Shown: positions 10,345 through 22,937 of the stretch, piece after piece | Layout of the letters: each line of letters starts with the position of its first letter | Position numbering within the stretch: position 1 is the stretch's first letter | Origin: Dimorphilus gyrociliatus | Taxonomy: Eukaryota > Animalia > Annelida | Length of the DNA: 45,833 nucleotides | Direction of reading: 5' to 3' | Assembly: GCA_904063045.1 (NCBI GenBank) | Contig: CAJFCJ010000066.1 | Location: 16,450 to 62,282 of the forward strand | Program-made: the position numbers and the translations under genes | The notes under the pieces: model-generated | Databases searched by the model: none | Told to the model about the DNA's origin: nothing | The model's input: the letters and a program-made list of their open reading frames with translations, nothing else

Positions 10345-12223
10345 AAATTCTATTATTTTAGACTATATACACAGCTCAAATCAATACTTTTGGAAAGCCT
10401 TTAGCCTGGTGCTCTGCTTTAAACAATTTTAAATTCTTCTCTGTAAAATTTTTAACCATAATTTGGGCAGTTGAGATGATAGCTCAGATTATAAACTGTT
10501 CAGTAATATTTCACAAGTAACTAGAAGCGTCTCCTAGATATTTGTAAAACACATAACAACCGATGTGCTTTCCATATCGAAAGATATCGAAAGTCAATAT
10601 ATTTCTATTTTATCAACTTGCTAATTCAACTAGCACACTGTTTGCTTTATTTCCTTAAGATAAACACAAATAATAGAGAGGACAAATTATTGAATTCAGA
10701 AATACAGAAAAGAATTTAAAGTTAACGTTTTAGCAGAGCTTCGGTAATTTGCTTAAATTCTTGTTGACCAGCTTTAAAAAACTCTGATTTTTTAGCTGCA
10801 TTCAGAAATTTAGAAATTCTTGGATATTTTGAATAATCGACTTTGATCAATTCCATCTGTTGTAGAACTGCTGCCAAATCCAAATCAGCCAACGTTGGCT
10901 TATCACCAAAAATAAAACTAGAATTCTGAAAGTAAATACGATCAAGGTCAGCCAATACTCCTTCGAACTTGCTTTTCTCTTCCTCTGTTGGTTGTCTCTG
11001 TCCAGCGAAAACTACTCCAAAATAGTCAAGAAGAGCTGGACCAACTGCAGATGCAGTATAGTAAAGGAATTGATCAACTTTGGCTCTCTTCTTCAATTCT
11101 TTAGGATAGAGATAATCATCCTTTGATTTTCCATGCTTGTTAAAGAGATAGGTGATGATTGCTCTTGATTCGGACAGTACGAAATCTCCATCAACAAGAG
11201 TAGGAACTTTAGAATGAGGATTTATCTAAAGAGAAAGATATAAACAGAATAAAGTGATTCATTAATATAAGAATTATAATATACAAACCTTGGCGTATTC
11301 CTCATTTTTTTGTTCTCCCTTTAAAAGGTTTACAACCTTCAAGTTCAGTTTTACGTCTAAAATTTTAGCTGTAAAAAGAACACTTCTGCTTAAAGGGCTT
11401 AGACTAAAGTAGTAAAATTCCATATTTTCTGGATTTTCTTTGTTTTTTCTCTTCTGATGCCGTCTATTCGGGTAAGTGTAGTTATAACAGACATTTTTAT
11501 TCCTTTTATACTAGTAGAAGAGGTTGATAATGCGTGCTATGCAACAGCGCCTCCTATAGTAAATGTCCCACAATTGTTATGTTCATTTGAACTTTACTAT
11601 AAAATAAGTCAATAATTGTAATGTCAACATTGTGGATAACTAAATTCAAGATGCAAGAACTGGTGCTGTAGGAACATATGGTTTATCTGGAAATTTAGGC
11701 CTTTCATATGTAATGAAAATGTATTTTGTATATAAGATAAGTGGTGAAAATATCATATAATTCATAAAAGAAACAATATAAATTAATTCTACATTTCAAC
11801 TACAGATGGCATTAGTAAATTGTATTAAATACGATAGGAAATCACCAACTAACTTACAAGGAGCTATTAGTTAAAAAGTAATAATCTTTCGAGGTAAAAT
11901 CATGCATAAAATATCTTGAATGTTAAAAATTTCTATAAGAGATATTATGTTTATCAACTTTTCATCATGTTAATTGAGGATATGCGCCTTTTTTCCATTT
12001 GTCTAGAGAGCAGCTATTAATAGGTTGACCTTGACATTGAATTGATTTTTTAATGCCAGATTCTACAGTTTCAGTGAAATGTTTACATAATTGGAATATG
12101 ATTTAGATGTCATCTAAAATGTTTCTTTGCTATTTTTAAATACTTCTGAAGTTCTCTTGTCCTCAACACTGCAGTTATAAAGTTTAAACAAAAATGAAGA
12201 GAACGTGCACTGCAGTATTCTGC
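10345..12223 (-). repeat. Right arm of inverted duplication containing GST copy 2
   Basis: Reverse-complement homology to 367-2175; boundaries approximate. Confidence 0.9.
10722..11423 (-). CDS. Glutathione S-transferase, theta/delta-like, 212 aa (exons 11423-11289, 11225-10722)
   Basis: Same exon structure and 63-nt intron as copy 1; 26 of 212 aa differ by manual count. Confidence 0.95.
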
Positions 12224-12382
12224 TTTACATTACAAATAAAATCACACACAATATTTTAGACATTTTTGTTCCTTTTTTCAAGTGAGTTGAAAAATGACTG
12301 GTAGATCGCCACCAGACTGATTATTGAGCGGCCTGGTGTACTAATAACTCCCGCCTAATTTCACTATAAACCTCACTTGAAG

Positions 12383-12589
12383 GGATGGGGATGCGAACGT
12401 ACCCATGGCGGGTTGAAGCCTACCTTAATATATCTGAAATTGAGTGTAATATCTGTGTTTTTTATATTCCCTAACCCTAAATTGGAGCCCCCCTAACAAT
12501 AAATTCATTCAAATATTCAAACTAACCCTTTCCTAAAATGTTTTCATGGTTGGAAATATTTACTAACAGGTACGTTCGCACCCGACCCC
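12383..12589. mobile_element. MITE with GGG..TGCGAACGTACC terminal inverted repeats and 8-9 bp TSD (Mutator/hAT type)
   Basis: GGATGGGGATGCGAACGTACC ... GGTACGTTCGCACCCGACCCC flanked by direct repeat CACTTGAAG (12374-12382, 12590-12598). Confidence 0.8.
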
Positions 12590-13399
12590 CACTTGAAGGT
12601 GATTAATATAGTCCAATTTCTTTTAAAATTTGTACAGGGCTAGATCTCAGGATTGGGGTTAGTACAACATCTAACACTGTATGGAAAACATTTAAGACCA
12701 ATCACTTTGCTCTTAAATGCATCTCCTTTATTAATTCCATAGTAGCTCCATCTGTTTGGTCAAAGAATCTATTTTTTACAAGATAAATTTCTTTCTAAAG
12801 TTCTATCATTCTAATTCCTACAAAATAGATGTTATTCTAGAGTTCATTTCATAAAATTGACAAAACTCTAATCTGCTAAACATATGAAAATCACAAAGAA
12901 ACTTAAATATTTGCTGTTTTTTCCAGTAGATCAAATGCAGTTATTTAATACCATATATCAACAATCTTTGATATTTTCTTCATGATAAAGCAGTCCATAA
13001 TCCTAACTCAAAATTAGCAAAAAGCTTTTTTGGATTGGAATAATTTGTAAGTGTTTAAATTTCCTAAAGAATGTAACAAAATTTAGCTTTCTGTATGCTT
13101 TCTTCTACTTTGATGTCATGAAACTAAATCTAATCCATCTTTGCAAAATATTCTATTTTTCATCTTAACTAACTTCAATTTCAACAGATAATAGACATAT
13201 ATACTGTAAAAAATTGGTTATATACTGCAAAAGTAAGTTAAAAAATAGCTGTAAAGGTCAAGGTTATCACACCAAAATTAAGTAAAATTACAAATAATTA
13301 ATTAAATGTATAAGAAAGAATGAGAAAAAGTTGAAGGAAGAAAATTAGAGCTGAAAGATTAAAGTAGCAGACAGTCTTCAATGTTATCAGTTTTTTTGA

Positions 13400-13994
13400 T
13401 AACTGAAAATGTTCTTACATTGATATCATTATGTGATTTGTTATCTAGTTCTGAAGAAGGATGTTTATTGCAAGAGCAAGGCGCATTTTTGGTATTTGTA
13501 TAATAATAAGTCTATTTGGATCCATAACCCAGATAAAGAAAAAACACTGTTCACTGGGAAAATTTTCTATTTGAATGATTTAGATAATGAAAGAGAATTA
13601 CAGACAAACAAGGTATTTTAAATATAAAATTCAGAAACTAATTAACAAAACTTAAGAATAATTTTGCAAACAGACAGAGTAAATTTACTGATTTGGATTC
13701 AATGAAATTATGTATCTTGTGTATGCCAGAAAAATGATTTACTAATACAATAAGGTCATTAGTATCTTGTAAAATTTTATCTCAAGTCTTGAATAGAACT
13801 GCACTTATATATTCAAATATTCCAAACGAAAACTGCTCCATTAATACATTTTTTGACTCTATTGAAGTTGTTAAGAATTATGAATTGGAAACTCATAAAT
13901 TTACTACTTGTAGACTTATTCATACTAATGTCACCATTATTCAAGATCTAGTGGCTAATACGGATAAAATAGTTGCTGTGAGAAGCCATAAATT
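13400..13994 (+). pseudogene. Possible type II membrane O-fucosyltransferase-like gene fragment running into the gap
   Basis: Hydrophobic anchor RRIFGICIIISLFG, then FTNTIRSLVSCKILSQVLNRTALIY resembling the N..R....LA..LNRTL motif; stops and frameshifts. Confidence 0.3.
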
Positions 13995-14905
13995 NNNNNN
14001 NNNNNNNNNNNNNNNNNNNNNNNNNNNNNNNNNNNNNNNNNNNNNNNNNNNNNNNNNNNNNNNNNNNNNNNNNNNNNNNNNNNNNNNNNNNNNNNNNNNN
14101 NNNNNNNNNNNNNNNNNNNNNNNNNNNNNNNNNNNNNNNNNNNNNNNNNNNNNNNNNNNNNNNNNNNNNNNNNNNNNNNNNNNNNNNNNNNNNNNNNNNN
14201 NNNNNNNNNNNNNNNNNNNNNNNNNNNNNNNNNNNNNNNNNNNNNNNNNNNNNNNNNNNNNNNNNNNNNNNNNNNNNNNNNNNNNNNNNNNNNNNNNNNN
14301 NNNNNNNNNNNNNNNNNNNNNNNNNNNNNNNNNNNNNNNNNNNNNNNNNNNNNNNNNNNNNNNNNNNNNNNNNNNNNNNNNNNNNNNNNNNNNNNNNNNN
14401 NNNNNNNNNNNNNNNNNNNNNNNNNNNNNNNNNNNNNNNNNNNNNNNNNNNNNNNNNNNNNNNNNNNNNNNNNNNNNNNNNNNNNNNNNNNNNNNNNNNN
14501 NNNNNNNNNNNNNNNNNNNNNNNNNNNNNNNNNNNNNNNNNNNNNNNNNNNNNNNNNNNNNNNNNNNNNNNNNNNNNNNNNNNNNNNNNNNNNNNNNNNN
14601 NNNNNNNNNNNNNNNNNNNNNNNNNNNNNNNNNNNNNNNNNNNNNNNNNNNNNNNNNNNNNNNNNNNNNNNNNNNNNNNNNNNNNNNNNNNNNNNNNNNN
14701 NNNNNNNNNNNNNNNNNNNNNNNNNNNNNNNNNNNNNNNNNNNNNNNNNNNNNNNNNNNNNNNNNNNNNNNNNNNNNNNNNNNNNNNNNNNNNNNNNNNN
14801 NNNNNNNNNNNNNNNNNNNNNNNNNNNNNNNNNNNNNNNNNNNNNNNNNNNNNNNNNNNNNNNNNNNNNNNNNNNNNNNNNNNNNNNNNNNNNNNNNNNN
14901 NNNNN
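13995..14905. other. Assembly gap (911 N)
   Basis: Run of N. Confidence 1.
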
Positions 14906-15523
14906 TGGAATTGAAGAATTGTGGATAAAAATCAAAAAATCCTCCTGTGGACTTATAAAGGAGAAACCGTAGTTGCAACTCAATAATGAGGAGTTGGCCA
15001 GGGTGTGAAAGATACTATTTACTATTGCAAATGTGACTCACATTTTCATAAATTGATTGATTGCCCCAAGAGAAAAGTTCAACCTATTTAAAGACGTAAA
15101 GCCCGAAAGTAAAAGACCTAGAGGCACGTGACCTGTTTTAAAATGTTCCCTTTACCCTCAACCCTATTGCTAAGCATTGATATAAAATAGTATTGAGTTA
15201 AGTGTACAGTCTTCTAAAAAGTGTTTAAAAGTAACTGAAATGGACAGTAATAAACTGATAATTTTATAGAAAACTTTATGTTAATTATAGAACAATTTTT
15301 TCCCAAATGTGGGTCATCATCTCCAATAGTTCCAATTCAATACTATCTATCTTTAATGAAAGAAGTCTGAGGAAATCATATATCAGAGTATATAGAATAA
15401 TTTTCAATATACACAAAATATTCTCAAGGTGACCTACTAGAGTGGTTGTCAACATAGGAATAATTTAATTTTAATATTTGAGTTTCAACATTAAAAATTT
15501 CAAAGTTCTATTTAACATTACTA

Positions 15524-15680
15524 CCTTGATTTTTCTAAATACAGCCTGAGACCAATGAAATAGACATCCACTTATTTCTGCATTTTCACAAACAGACAAA
15601 ATTGCTTTCCAATTGCCTTTTCAAAATCAATTACAAATTTTTTTGGCTGGTGATTATTTGTTAATTAACAAACTGTCTGA
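15524..15680 (-). mobile_element. Mutator-like transposase exon remnant
   Basis: QPKKFVIDFEKA..WKAILSVCENAEISGCLFHWSQAVFRKIK with a frameshift, flanked by AG and GT. Confidence 0.85.
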
Positions 15681-15869
15681 AAAATTTACAAAGAGTAATT
15701 AAATAAAGAATTACTTTAAAAGCCACTACGCACTAGTAAATCCTTTCCTTTTTGACTACCATTTTCTATAATTTCAAATTTAGAGGAATCAAAAAATTTA
15801 ATTTAAAATTTGTATATACAATACTGTTCTTCTTAACATGCATTAATCAGATATACTCCCTCCTTATAT

Positions 15870-16800
15870 ACTGATGCCAAATTTACTAACTCAATCAATT
15901 TGTTGATGCATATAGCATGTTGTTCATCTATATTTTATACAAAACTATTTTTAAATGGCATTTTGACATTCTTAAACAGACTGAGCAAAGACATTTGTCA
16001 GACGCTGTTTAAAGAATTACCAATATTACCAACAACGAAAAAGGTAACATTAGCTAATTTTTCAAGAAACATTGACTTCATTATCTCTTCATTTATATAT
16101 GGAATATCTTTAAAATTTTGTTCCATGACTTCTTAATAGTTAGTAGTGTCTTTTTTAACATTTTTTAAAATGATAAATATGCATAACTTCTAAGAATCAA
16201 TACATCCTTCACTGTGTGCCCATTTGTAAAGAAGATATGTAACATGTAAACTTTTCCCCATACCAGGCTCTCCTTGTATTAGAATCTTTTAAATCCTTTA
16301 TGAAATATTTATAGAAATTTTCGTAGTCATAACCTGTTGCTTGTAATTCAGAATTAAAAACATCACTATTTGCTAACCACTCTTGTTGTAGAAAGAAGTA
16401 ATGGAATTATTGTAAATTCATTTTTTCTATGTTCTTAAGTATCCAAAATCAATTGCCTCCATATTTTGTGTATATTAAACAAATATAAGACTATCTTGAA
16501 GGTCAGAGAAAATTGCCCAAGTTTTCTTAAATTCATACAGAATTCTTCTTTTTCTGAGTAGTATTGATATTTTAGATTATCTGTTTGATTATTATTTAAA
16601 ATTCCGAAAGAGATTGCAGTCTTGAAGAAAATGCCTCAAAGATGCAGGATCCCTAAGTACATTTTCTATATCTTTTTTGTAGTAAATAAGGCATAACTTT
16701 TCCTTTGTGCTAAGTTCTTTTAAATTCATATTTCTTTTGAATAATCTAAGGTACGACATAACTCATTTTGTCTTATGTCATTTACACATACAGTTACACT
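15870..16800 (-). pseudogene. NACHT-domain (NLR-like) pseudogene with possible death-fold N-terminus
   Basis: ILIQGEPGMGKSLHVTYLLYKWA (Walker A, about 16250-16290), then LCIFIILKNV and KLANVTFFVVG at the Walker B position; many stops and frameshifts. Confidence 0.75.
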
Positions 16801-17383
16801 GAACAAGCAGTGGTAGATATCAAATACCTTTTTGAGAAATATTAGAAGTGTTTTGAAATTTGCAGCTTATTGCAAAGCAACTTACTAATATTATATTTGC
16901 TCTTTTGAAATTACAATGAATAAATTTGAATTTATAAAAAGTTAGGAACATGTAGAAAATGGGGGAGAATCTTCATTAAAGGTGGCCATAGGTTTTATTG
17001 AAAAACTCAAAATGCTGCAGAGAACTAATCAAAGATGTACATGAAAGATTGGAATGGCATAAATATATATAGAAGCCAAATCTTACAGGTTCAACAACCT
17101 CGTCCTGTAAATAGACCAACGATGTGTCTTACAGCTTTAAATTGGAACACATTACTCACCTGATCCCTGAAATATGAAAAGATAGCAAATAAATGAGGTA
17201 TTCTGAGCATTTGAATTAGAAAAAATATCACTATGTTATATCTGGTAAAATGAACCTGAAAAGCTTTGAACTATTTTCAATAAAACTAAAATGTTTAGCA
17301 GATTGTTTACCCCAAAAGAATCAAAACTCTTTTGTCAAGAAACCTATTAATATTAAAAATTGTTCATAGTTGTCAAAGAGATC

Positions 17384-18329
17384 ATGAAGGGTTCAACAAT
17401 TGCTATTTTCACCTTACTTTTTCTGAGTTTTGGTTAAATTTCCCTAAAATTAATATTTTCAACTAAAACTTATATGTTTTTTTCGTTTACAGTTAATGTG
17501 GTTCATTTACAAGGTTTTCGATTAGAGGTTGAAATTCCTGCTCATATTTTGGAAGATGTGGAAGATCGCATAATCATTTTTAGGCAAAATTCTGGAGCTC
17601 CAGTATGCAGGTTGTTTTTAAATATAAATACCTAAATTATGAATTTTATCAATCTAATTTGTTGGATAGCTTTTCACTTACAAAACCAGATGGAACTTTG
17701 GTGACACAAGGCACAAAAACTGTAAATAGTGCCTATGTACCTCACACATTGAGCGGCTCCCTGTTTTCAGGGATCACTGAGGATTATATATTGACTTACA
17801 CTTTCAATTGTCAGGGTGCAGGGGAGACAGTGGAATTTGAGATGCGATCATGTGTTAACTCAATTGAAAGTATGCAATATTATTGTTTATTTTTTAAATA
17901 TTACCAAATGTCTATAATATTTCTTTAGGTTTTGGTAGTTCTTCTCTACCTGCAACCTTTAATATCGGAATAGATGTTTCAGCTTTTCAAGCTCCACCAA
18001 TTACAGTTCTTATTAGAGGCAGTTCTGGTAGCGCTACTTGCACGTAATTATTTCAATAAAAGTTTTTGTATTTTTTAATATTCATCATCATTTACTTATC
18101 TCTTATTCTCTATTTCAGAGTAGCTGAACCAGATCCTTCTATAGCTTCCATTAATAATAGGGGACCAGAAACTTTGATACAAGGTGCAATGGAAATTGCA
18201 GTGACTAAAGATTGTTCGGTTGACTCTCTTTTCCTTGTTTCAACATGTACAAAGAACGGAAAAAACTTTGAAAATGAAATTCCTATATACTTTACACCTA
18301 GTACAATTTCACCATGGGCTATTCTGTAA
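17384..18329 (+). CDS. Uncharacterised secreted protein, 230 aa (exons 17384-17432, 17493-17610, 17670-17869, 17929-18043, 18119-18329)
   Basis: Signal peptide MKGSTIAIFTLLFLSF; four GT-AG introns give one continuous 693-nt frame ending at TAA. Confidence 0.85.
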
Positions 18330-18494
18330 AAGATTAAAAAAAAGGTAATTTGAAATTTCTTCTAAATTTTCAGATATTCTTTTATCACCACAATTACTTT
18401 TTGATACTAGAATCTCAGAGGAGTTTTATTAGATTTTTCATCAACAATCTTGGCATAATTTACTGATTGGAATAGAAAGAGAGATTGACAAAAA

Positions 18495-18749
18495 GATAGC
18501 AAAACATAGCGATAATTTGAAAAGATTTTATCAGAAAAAAAAATTGACTGATAAAGTAAGAATAGTTTGACTATTAATAGACAGGAGTACTAGTAGTCAA
18601 ACTACTGAAAAACCAGATGTAAATTCCATTTTCAATACCAAAATTTTGTCTTGAAATTTCTCATTTGTGGACGTTTTCTGTCGCATCCGATAGCAAAACA
18701 TAGCGATAATTTGAAAAGATTTTATCAGAAAAAGACAATTGACTGATAA
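18495..18749 (+). repeat. 60/61-bp direct duplication (18495-18554, 18689-18749) flanking an 11-bp hairpin and a truncated MITE end
   Basis: GATAGCAAAACATAGCGATAATTTGAAAAGATTTTATCAGAAAAA..AATTGACTGATAA occurs twice; TAGTTTGACTA/TAGTCAAACTA at 18563-18573/18594-18604. Confidence 0.9.
18638..18688 (-). mobile_element. Truncated terminal 51 bp of the GGATGCGAC MITE
   Basis: Exact reverse complement of 27523-27573. Confidence 0.9.
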
Positions 18750-18995
18750 TGGTATCAAGAAGAAACTGGTATATAAAAAAGTACTCTTGGTATAAAATTT
18801 TCTACTTAATTAGTAGATTAAATACAAAATATTTTCAGGAAATTTTGCAATCAATGAATGATTCTACTCCAAGAAAAGTTGTTCTAGATTTTGAAAAATA
18901 CCGTTGGAAAGTAATCAAGCAAATTTCAGCAGATGTTAAAGTCCAGGGGTGTGGATATCATTGATCTCAAACAGTGATTAGAAAAATAAAAGAAT
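18749..18995 (+). mobile_element. Mutator-like transposase remnant (mirror copy at 27216-27462, minus)
   Basis: STPRKVVLDFEKYRWKVIKQISADVKVQGCGYH*SQTVIRKIKE; W codon changed to TGA. Confidence 0.85.
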
Positions 18996-19679
18996 AAATT
19001 TCAACACTCTTGTATAAATATATAAATAGTAAAATATAAGAAAACAGATTCTTGGCTATACAACAATATTTATTAAGAAGAAGGATGGATGGAAATATTC
19101 AACAAAAGCCTTGATCACAACATGATCACAAAAAGTTCATTATATGATTTAAATGCCGAATTGCAAAGGGAATCTGATTTGATATACATCTTGTACAACC
19201 TACCTATATATATTATTTTACTCTAAACTACTATAGGCCAACTACATATGCTGTCTAAAAACCAATTAGGAAAACACATTAACTCTTCGCCAAGTTATCA
19301 TTCAATTAGTTTTCATAAAAGACAAACATTTAGGAATATATCTATAAAAACTTTGAGATAAACTGTTACTAAAGGTAAACATGAATCAAATTATTCACTT
19401 AGTGAAAAGTGTAGTTCAGTTTGTTAACATAGCAAAAAATGAGTAATAAACATCATTTCTCCACCAAGACCAATGAATCTCCAATTGGTTGTAACAATGA
19501 AAGAGATGAAATTAATGGAGATTTTACGAAAGGGATATTCAAGAAGATTTTTTAAATTTGGTAAATACCTTAACCCTACATCCTATAATTTCATTTATAA
19601 AGTATTTATGGTGAAAACATTATAAATACAGTTTCCCTTTGCATTCAATTGAGCAGCAATTTAATGACAATTTTCATTT

Positions 19680-21191
19680 CTAAACTTGAACAATTATGAG
19701 TAGCAAAATAAACATTAAGTAGAAAAGACTATTGTCAAATTTCATTGTTTGTGATGCGCCATCTAAAAGGAAGAAAACATGAAATGTGCATTATGTAAAG
19801 CAAAGATGGTTTGTGTGTTTGAAAAAACTCACTAGCTGATAAAGATATGCTTTTGGTTAATTTATTCTTTGTACCACGAATCTCATTCCAGGCAGTACAT
19901 TTGTATTCATCAGTAGATTTTTCAACCTTCATTTTGGTGTTTGTTGATAGAATTTTATCGGATGATTTCTTGAAAAAAAGTAGGATAATTAGATTTTGTT
20001 GCAATTAGAAAAAAAGAAACATTTTTCTATTAATTACTTTTCTCCATTCGTATTTTGGTGGTGGATTTCCTACTGCTGAACAGGAAAGTTCTATTTCAGT
20101 CTTGCCAATTTCAGAACTAATATTTATGTCATTTACTTTATCTGCAGAAAACAGAATCTGTACTCAACAGTTCATTCAATCATTTAAAACTTACAAAGAA
20201 CTTGAAATTTTATAGGTTGACTTTTGAAGTGTAAAGAAGATTTTCCATCTGTTCGATGTAAACTCAGTTGACAATAGATATTATTATCATTCATTTCCTT
20301 AGAAGCACTAAGATTAGCTTTAAGAGTTATCAATCCATCAATGAAAATGACTTTACTAAATTTATAATGTATTTTTTTGTCATTTAAAAATATCTGAAAT
20401 TCAGAGTGTCCTGATCCCCAATAATTGAATTCGCACGAAAACATGAATTCTTCACCTTCTTCAGGAGAAAAATCTTTTGGATATTCTATGATTCTTGGAA
20501 TTGAATCTGTATTTTGTTTTTTGAGAAAAATCAAATTTAACCTTAGTGAAGATATTAGTTGGTAAAAGAAAAACTGTTACCATAAATGGCTATTCCTGTT
20601 TCTACAGAATCAGTACTAGTTCCATCAGCAATAGAAGCTTTAATTCGCATGCCATCAGTCTATTTTTATTTATCAATGTTTCAATTATTTAAGTTTAACA
20701 AGAAAAAAAACCCAGGGAAAGTATGAATCATTGATTACTCACTTTTTGTGATTTGTCTACAGTAAATGTATAACTGGAACTTTCTAAACCAGGTGTTGCT
20801 GTCCACCTATTCTGGAACTTTGATTCAAAGTTTGGAGTTTCATACATCAGTTCTGAAGTATTATTAAAAAGATTTTCCAATCGAATCTTTGCTTTATCTA
20901 ATTAGAAAACAAAGACACTGATAATAAATTGAATGAAATTCTAAAAATAGAATATTTACTAGTGAGAGTATAAGTTACACTTATCTTATCTCCAAGTTTA
21001 AAAGCTTTGTAAGTAGGAGAAGAGTAGAATTTGACTGAAATATTACCATTGCTTTTTTATTCATTAAATGAAACCAGTACTGAAATAGTTCAAATAAATA
21101 TAAAGATACCTGCAGAAGAAGAGATGACACTACTCAGTATACAAATTGTAGAGATGAGTATCCCACAGATGTTTGTCCTTATAACCACCAT
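19680..21191 (-). CDS. Predicted GPI-anchored three-Ig-domain protein, copy L, 341 aa, 8 exons (mirror of copy R)
   Basis: Signal peptide MVVIRTNICGILISTICILSSVISSSA; splice sites conserved with copy R; exons 5-8 appear identical to copy R. Confidence 0.9.
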
Positions 21192-22914
21192 ATTTTTATA
21201 TTATTGATTTTTTCTGGAATGTTGGAAAATTGATGAAATATTCTGTTCATTTTATGAAATCAATAGTTTGTTATTAAGGGTTTTGAGGTTGAAAATAATA
21301 GAAATGTAAATTTCTATTTGAATGAGGGCAAACTTTTATTGTTGATGAGTCAAAACATTGCTATTTTCATGTTAAAATCCCCCACTCATTTTTATTTCTA
21401 TGACACATATTCAATACAATTATTATGATGACTTTATCTTTTTGTTAAATCACCTATTTTTTATTTGTGTCTAGATATTCTGAGAAGAGAATCTAATGGA
21501 GCAAAATTTGTAAACTAGTAGAGGAAACTGGTAATTAAACTAATCAAAATATACTATATAGGCATATATAGTCGGTAAAAAATGTCCAAAAATTTATGAT
21601 TTCTCAACTTTAATTCTAACCTCTAACTATATATCTAGTATAGGGCAGTAGATATTCACTTTTCGTCAATTAGATATTAGTACACAAGTATATATAGATC
21701 AAATCAATAGAAAGCAGCTACAGTTTACCTGAGATATAATTTAAGATATCATCTGTTACTGTTTCATTTTTAATTCTTACCTTTACAATTGTTTAAGCTG
21801 TTATTCTTTTGATTTCTCGTCACACTTTCAAAATGCTACAAATAGCCTGTATTCCAAGATAAAGAAGGAATGACACAAATGTGCTGTATATAAAGGGTCA
21901 CATGTGTCATGCCCTCTGTAAAAATCAATAGGTGAATGCTCTAGCATTCATGTTTATTTTTAGTAAGAGTATATGGTCAAGTTTGCACTGTTGAATTTAA
22001 CATTATAGTACTGCTCTTGCTTGGCCAATGTTATAGCATTTTCTTCCTGTAGGTTTTTTAGAGGTAGATGTATAAGTTGCATCAAGTATTATAGTTCAAG
22101 CATCAAATATAACCAAAGTTGTACATTATTTAATAAATAAAGTTGAAAATTAATAGAACACAACGTTGCTTTCTTAATAGCTCATTTTGTAATAAATCAA
22201 TTAACAAACTAATAGCGATTATTACCATTCATGTGTAGGCATTAATAGGTTAAGTTTATGATTTTGTAATTGTTAGTGTACTAAGTAGTAATTTATATAC
22301 AAATATTTACACATAATACTCTCATATTCTTATATTTTGTGTTTTCTATTCTATAAAATCCATTTTAAAATAACAAATGAATTGTCTGTTAATGTTTTAT
22401 GGAAAAGTTGTGATATTTCTTCCGAAATCTCAGTTTAAATTGCCCATTCAATACGAAAATTGTTAAGGGGATGGCTATAAAATATGCTTTGTAATATCCT
22501 TGGTTGTGATTCATTGTACAGTGAACATAGTGTTTGTACAAGTGAAAATGGTGGAGAATATATGTTGTTTGTTTATCATGTCAATAATAGGACTATTCAC
22601 CTTTCACCTAGGTGTAATTTTATCCAATTATTATTAAATGGAATTGACAACTACTAGATTGTAAGTTAAAATATTGTTGATGCTATGATTTTGAATGAAT
22701 TGCTGTACTGTTTTTTCATTATGATTATGTCAACTAATGAGAAATACTGCAAAATTAAAGATTTATTCACTATGCTTAAAATGTTTTAGAACAAGTTATA
22801 CCTTTTACACTATAAAATAAATGTTTAATAAAGTATTACGTCATTGTTCGTTTGTTTATTTAGATATTTATATGATTGTCAAAGGTGCTCAATTTCTGAA
22901 ATTTTCATATTTGT

Positions 22915-22937
22915 ATATAATATATATATATATATGT
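22915..22937. repeat. (AT)n microsatellite
   Basis: Direct reading; limits approximate. Confidence 0.8.

Larger units (their letters stand above)
18638..22125 (-). repeat. Left arm of large palindrome (partner 23931-27573)
   Basis: Mirror ORFs have a constant coordinate sum of 46211; no mismatch found in the parts of 18638-20638 that I compared; diverged inward. Confidence 0.97.

Noticed and set aside
13789-14983. Three long ORFs (342-379 aa) in the ORF track
   Set aside because: Artefacts of translating through the N gap
19735-20534. ORF-track entries of 89 and 116 aa (and mirrors at 25677 and 26207) as separate small genes
   Set aside because: They are exons 7 and 5 of the spliced Ig genes plus intron read-through
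22480-22660. Hydrophobic peptide in the palindrome spacer resembling the DHHC palmitoyltransferase tail (SIIGLFTFHL..N)
   Set aside because: Short, contains a stop, no DHHC motif nearby; similarity may be chance
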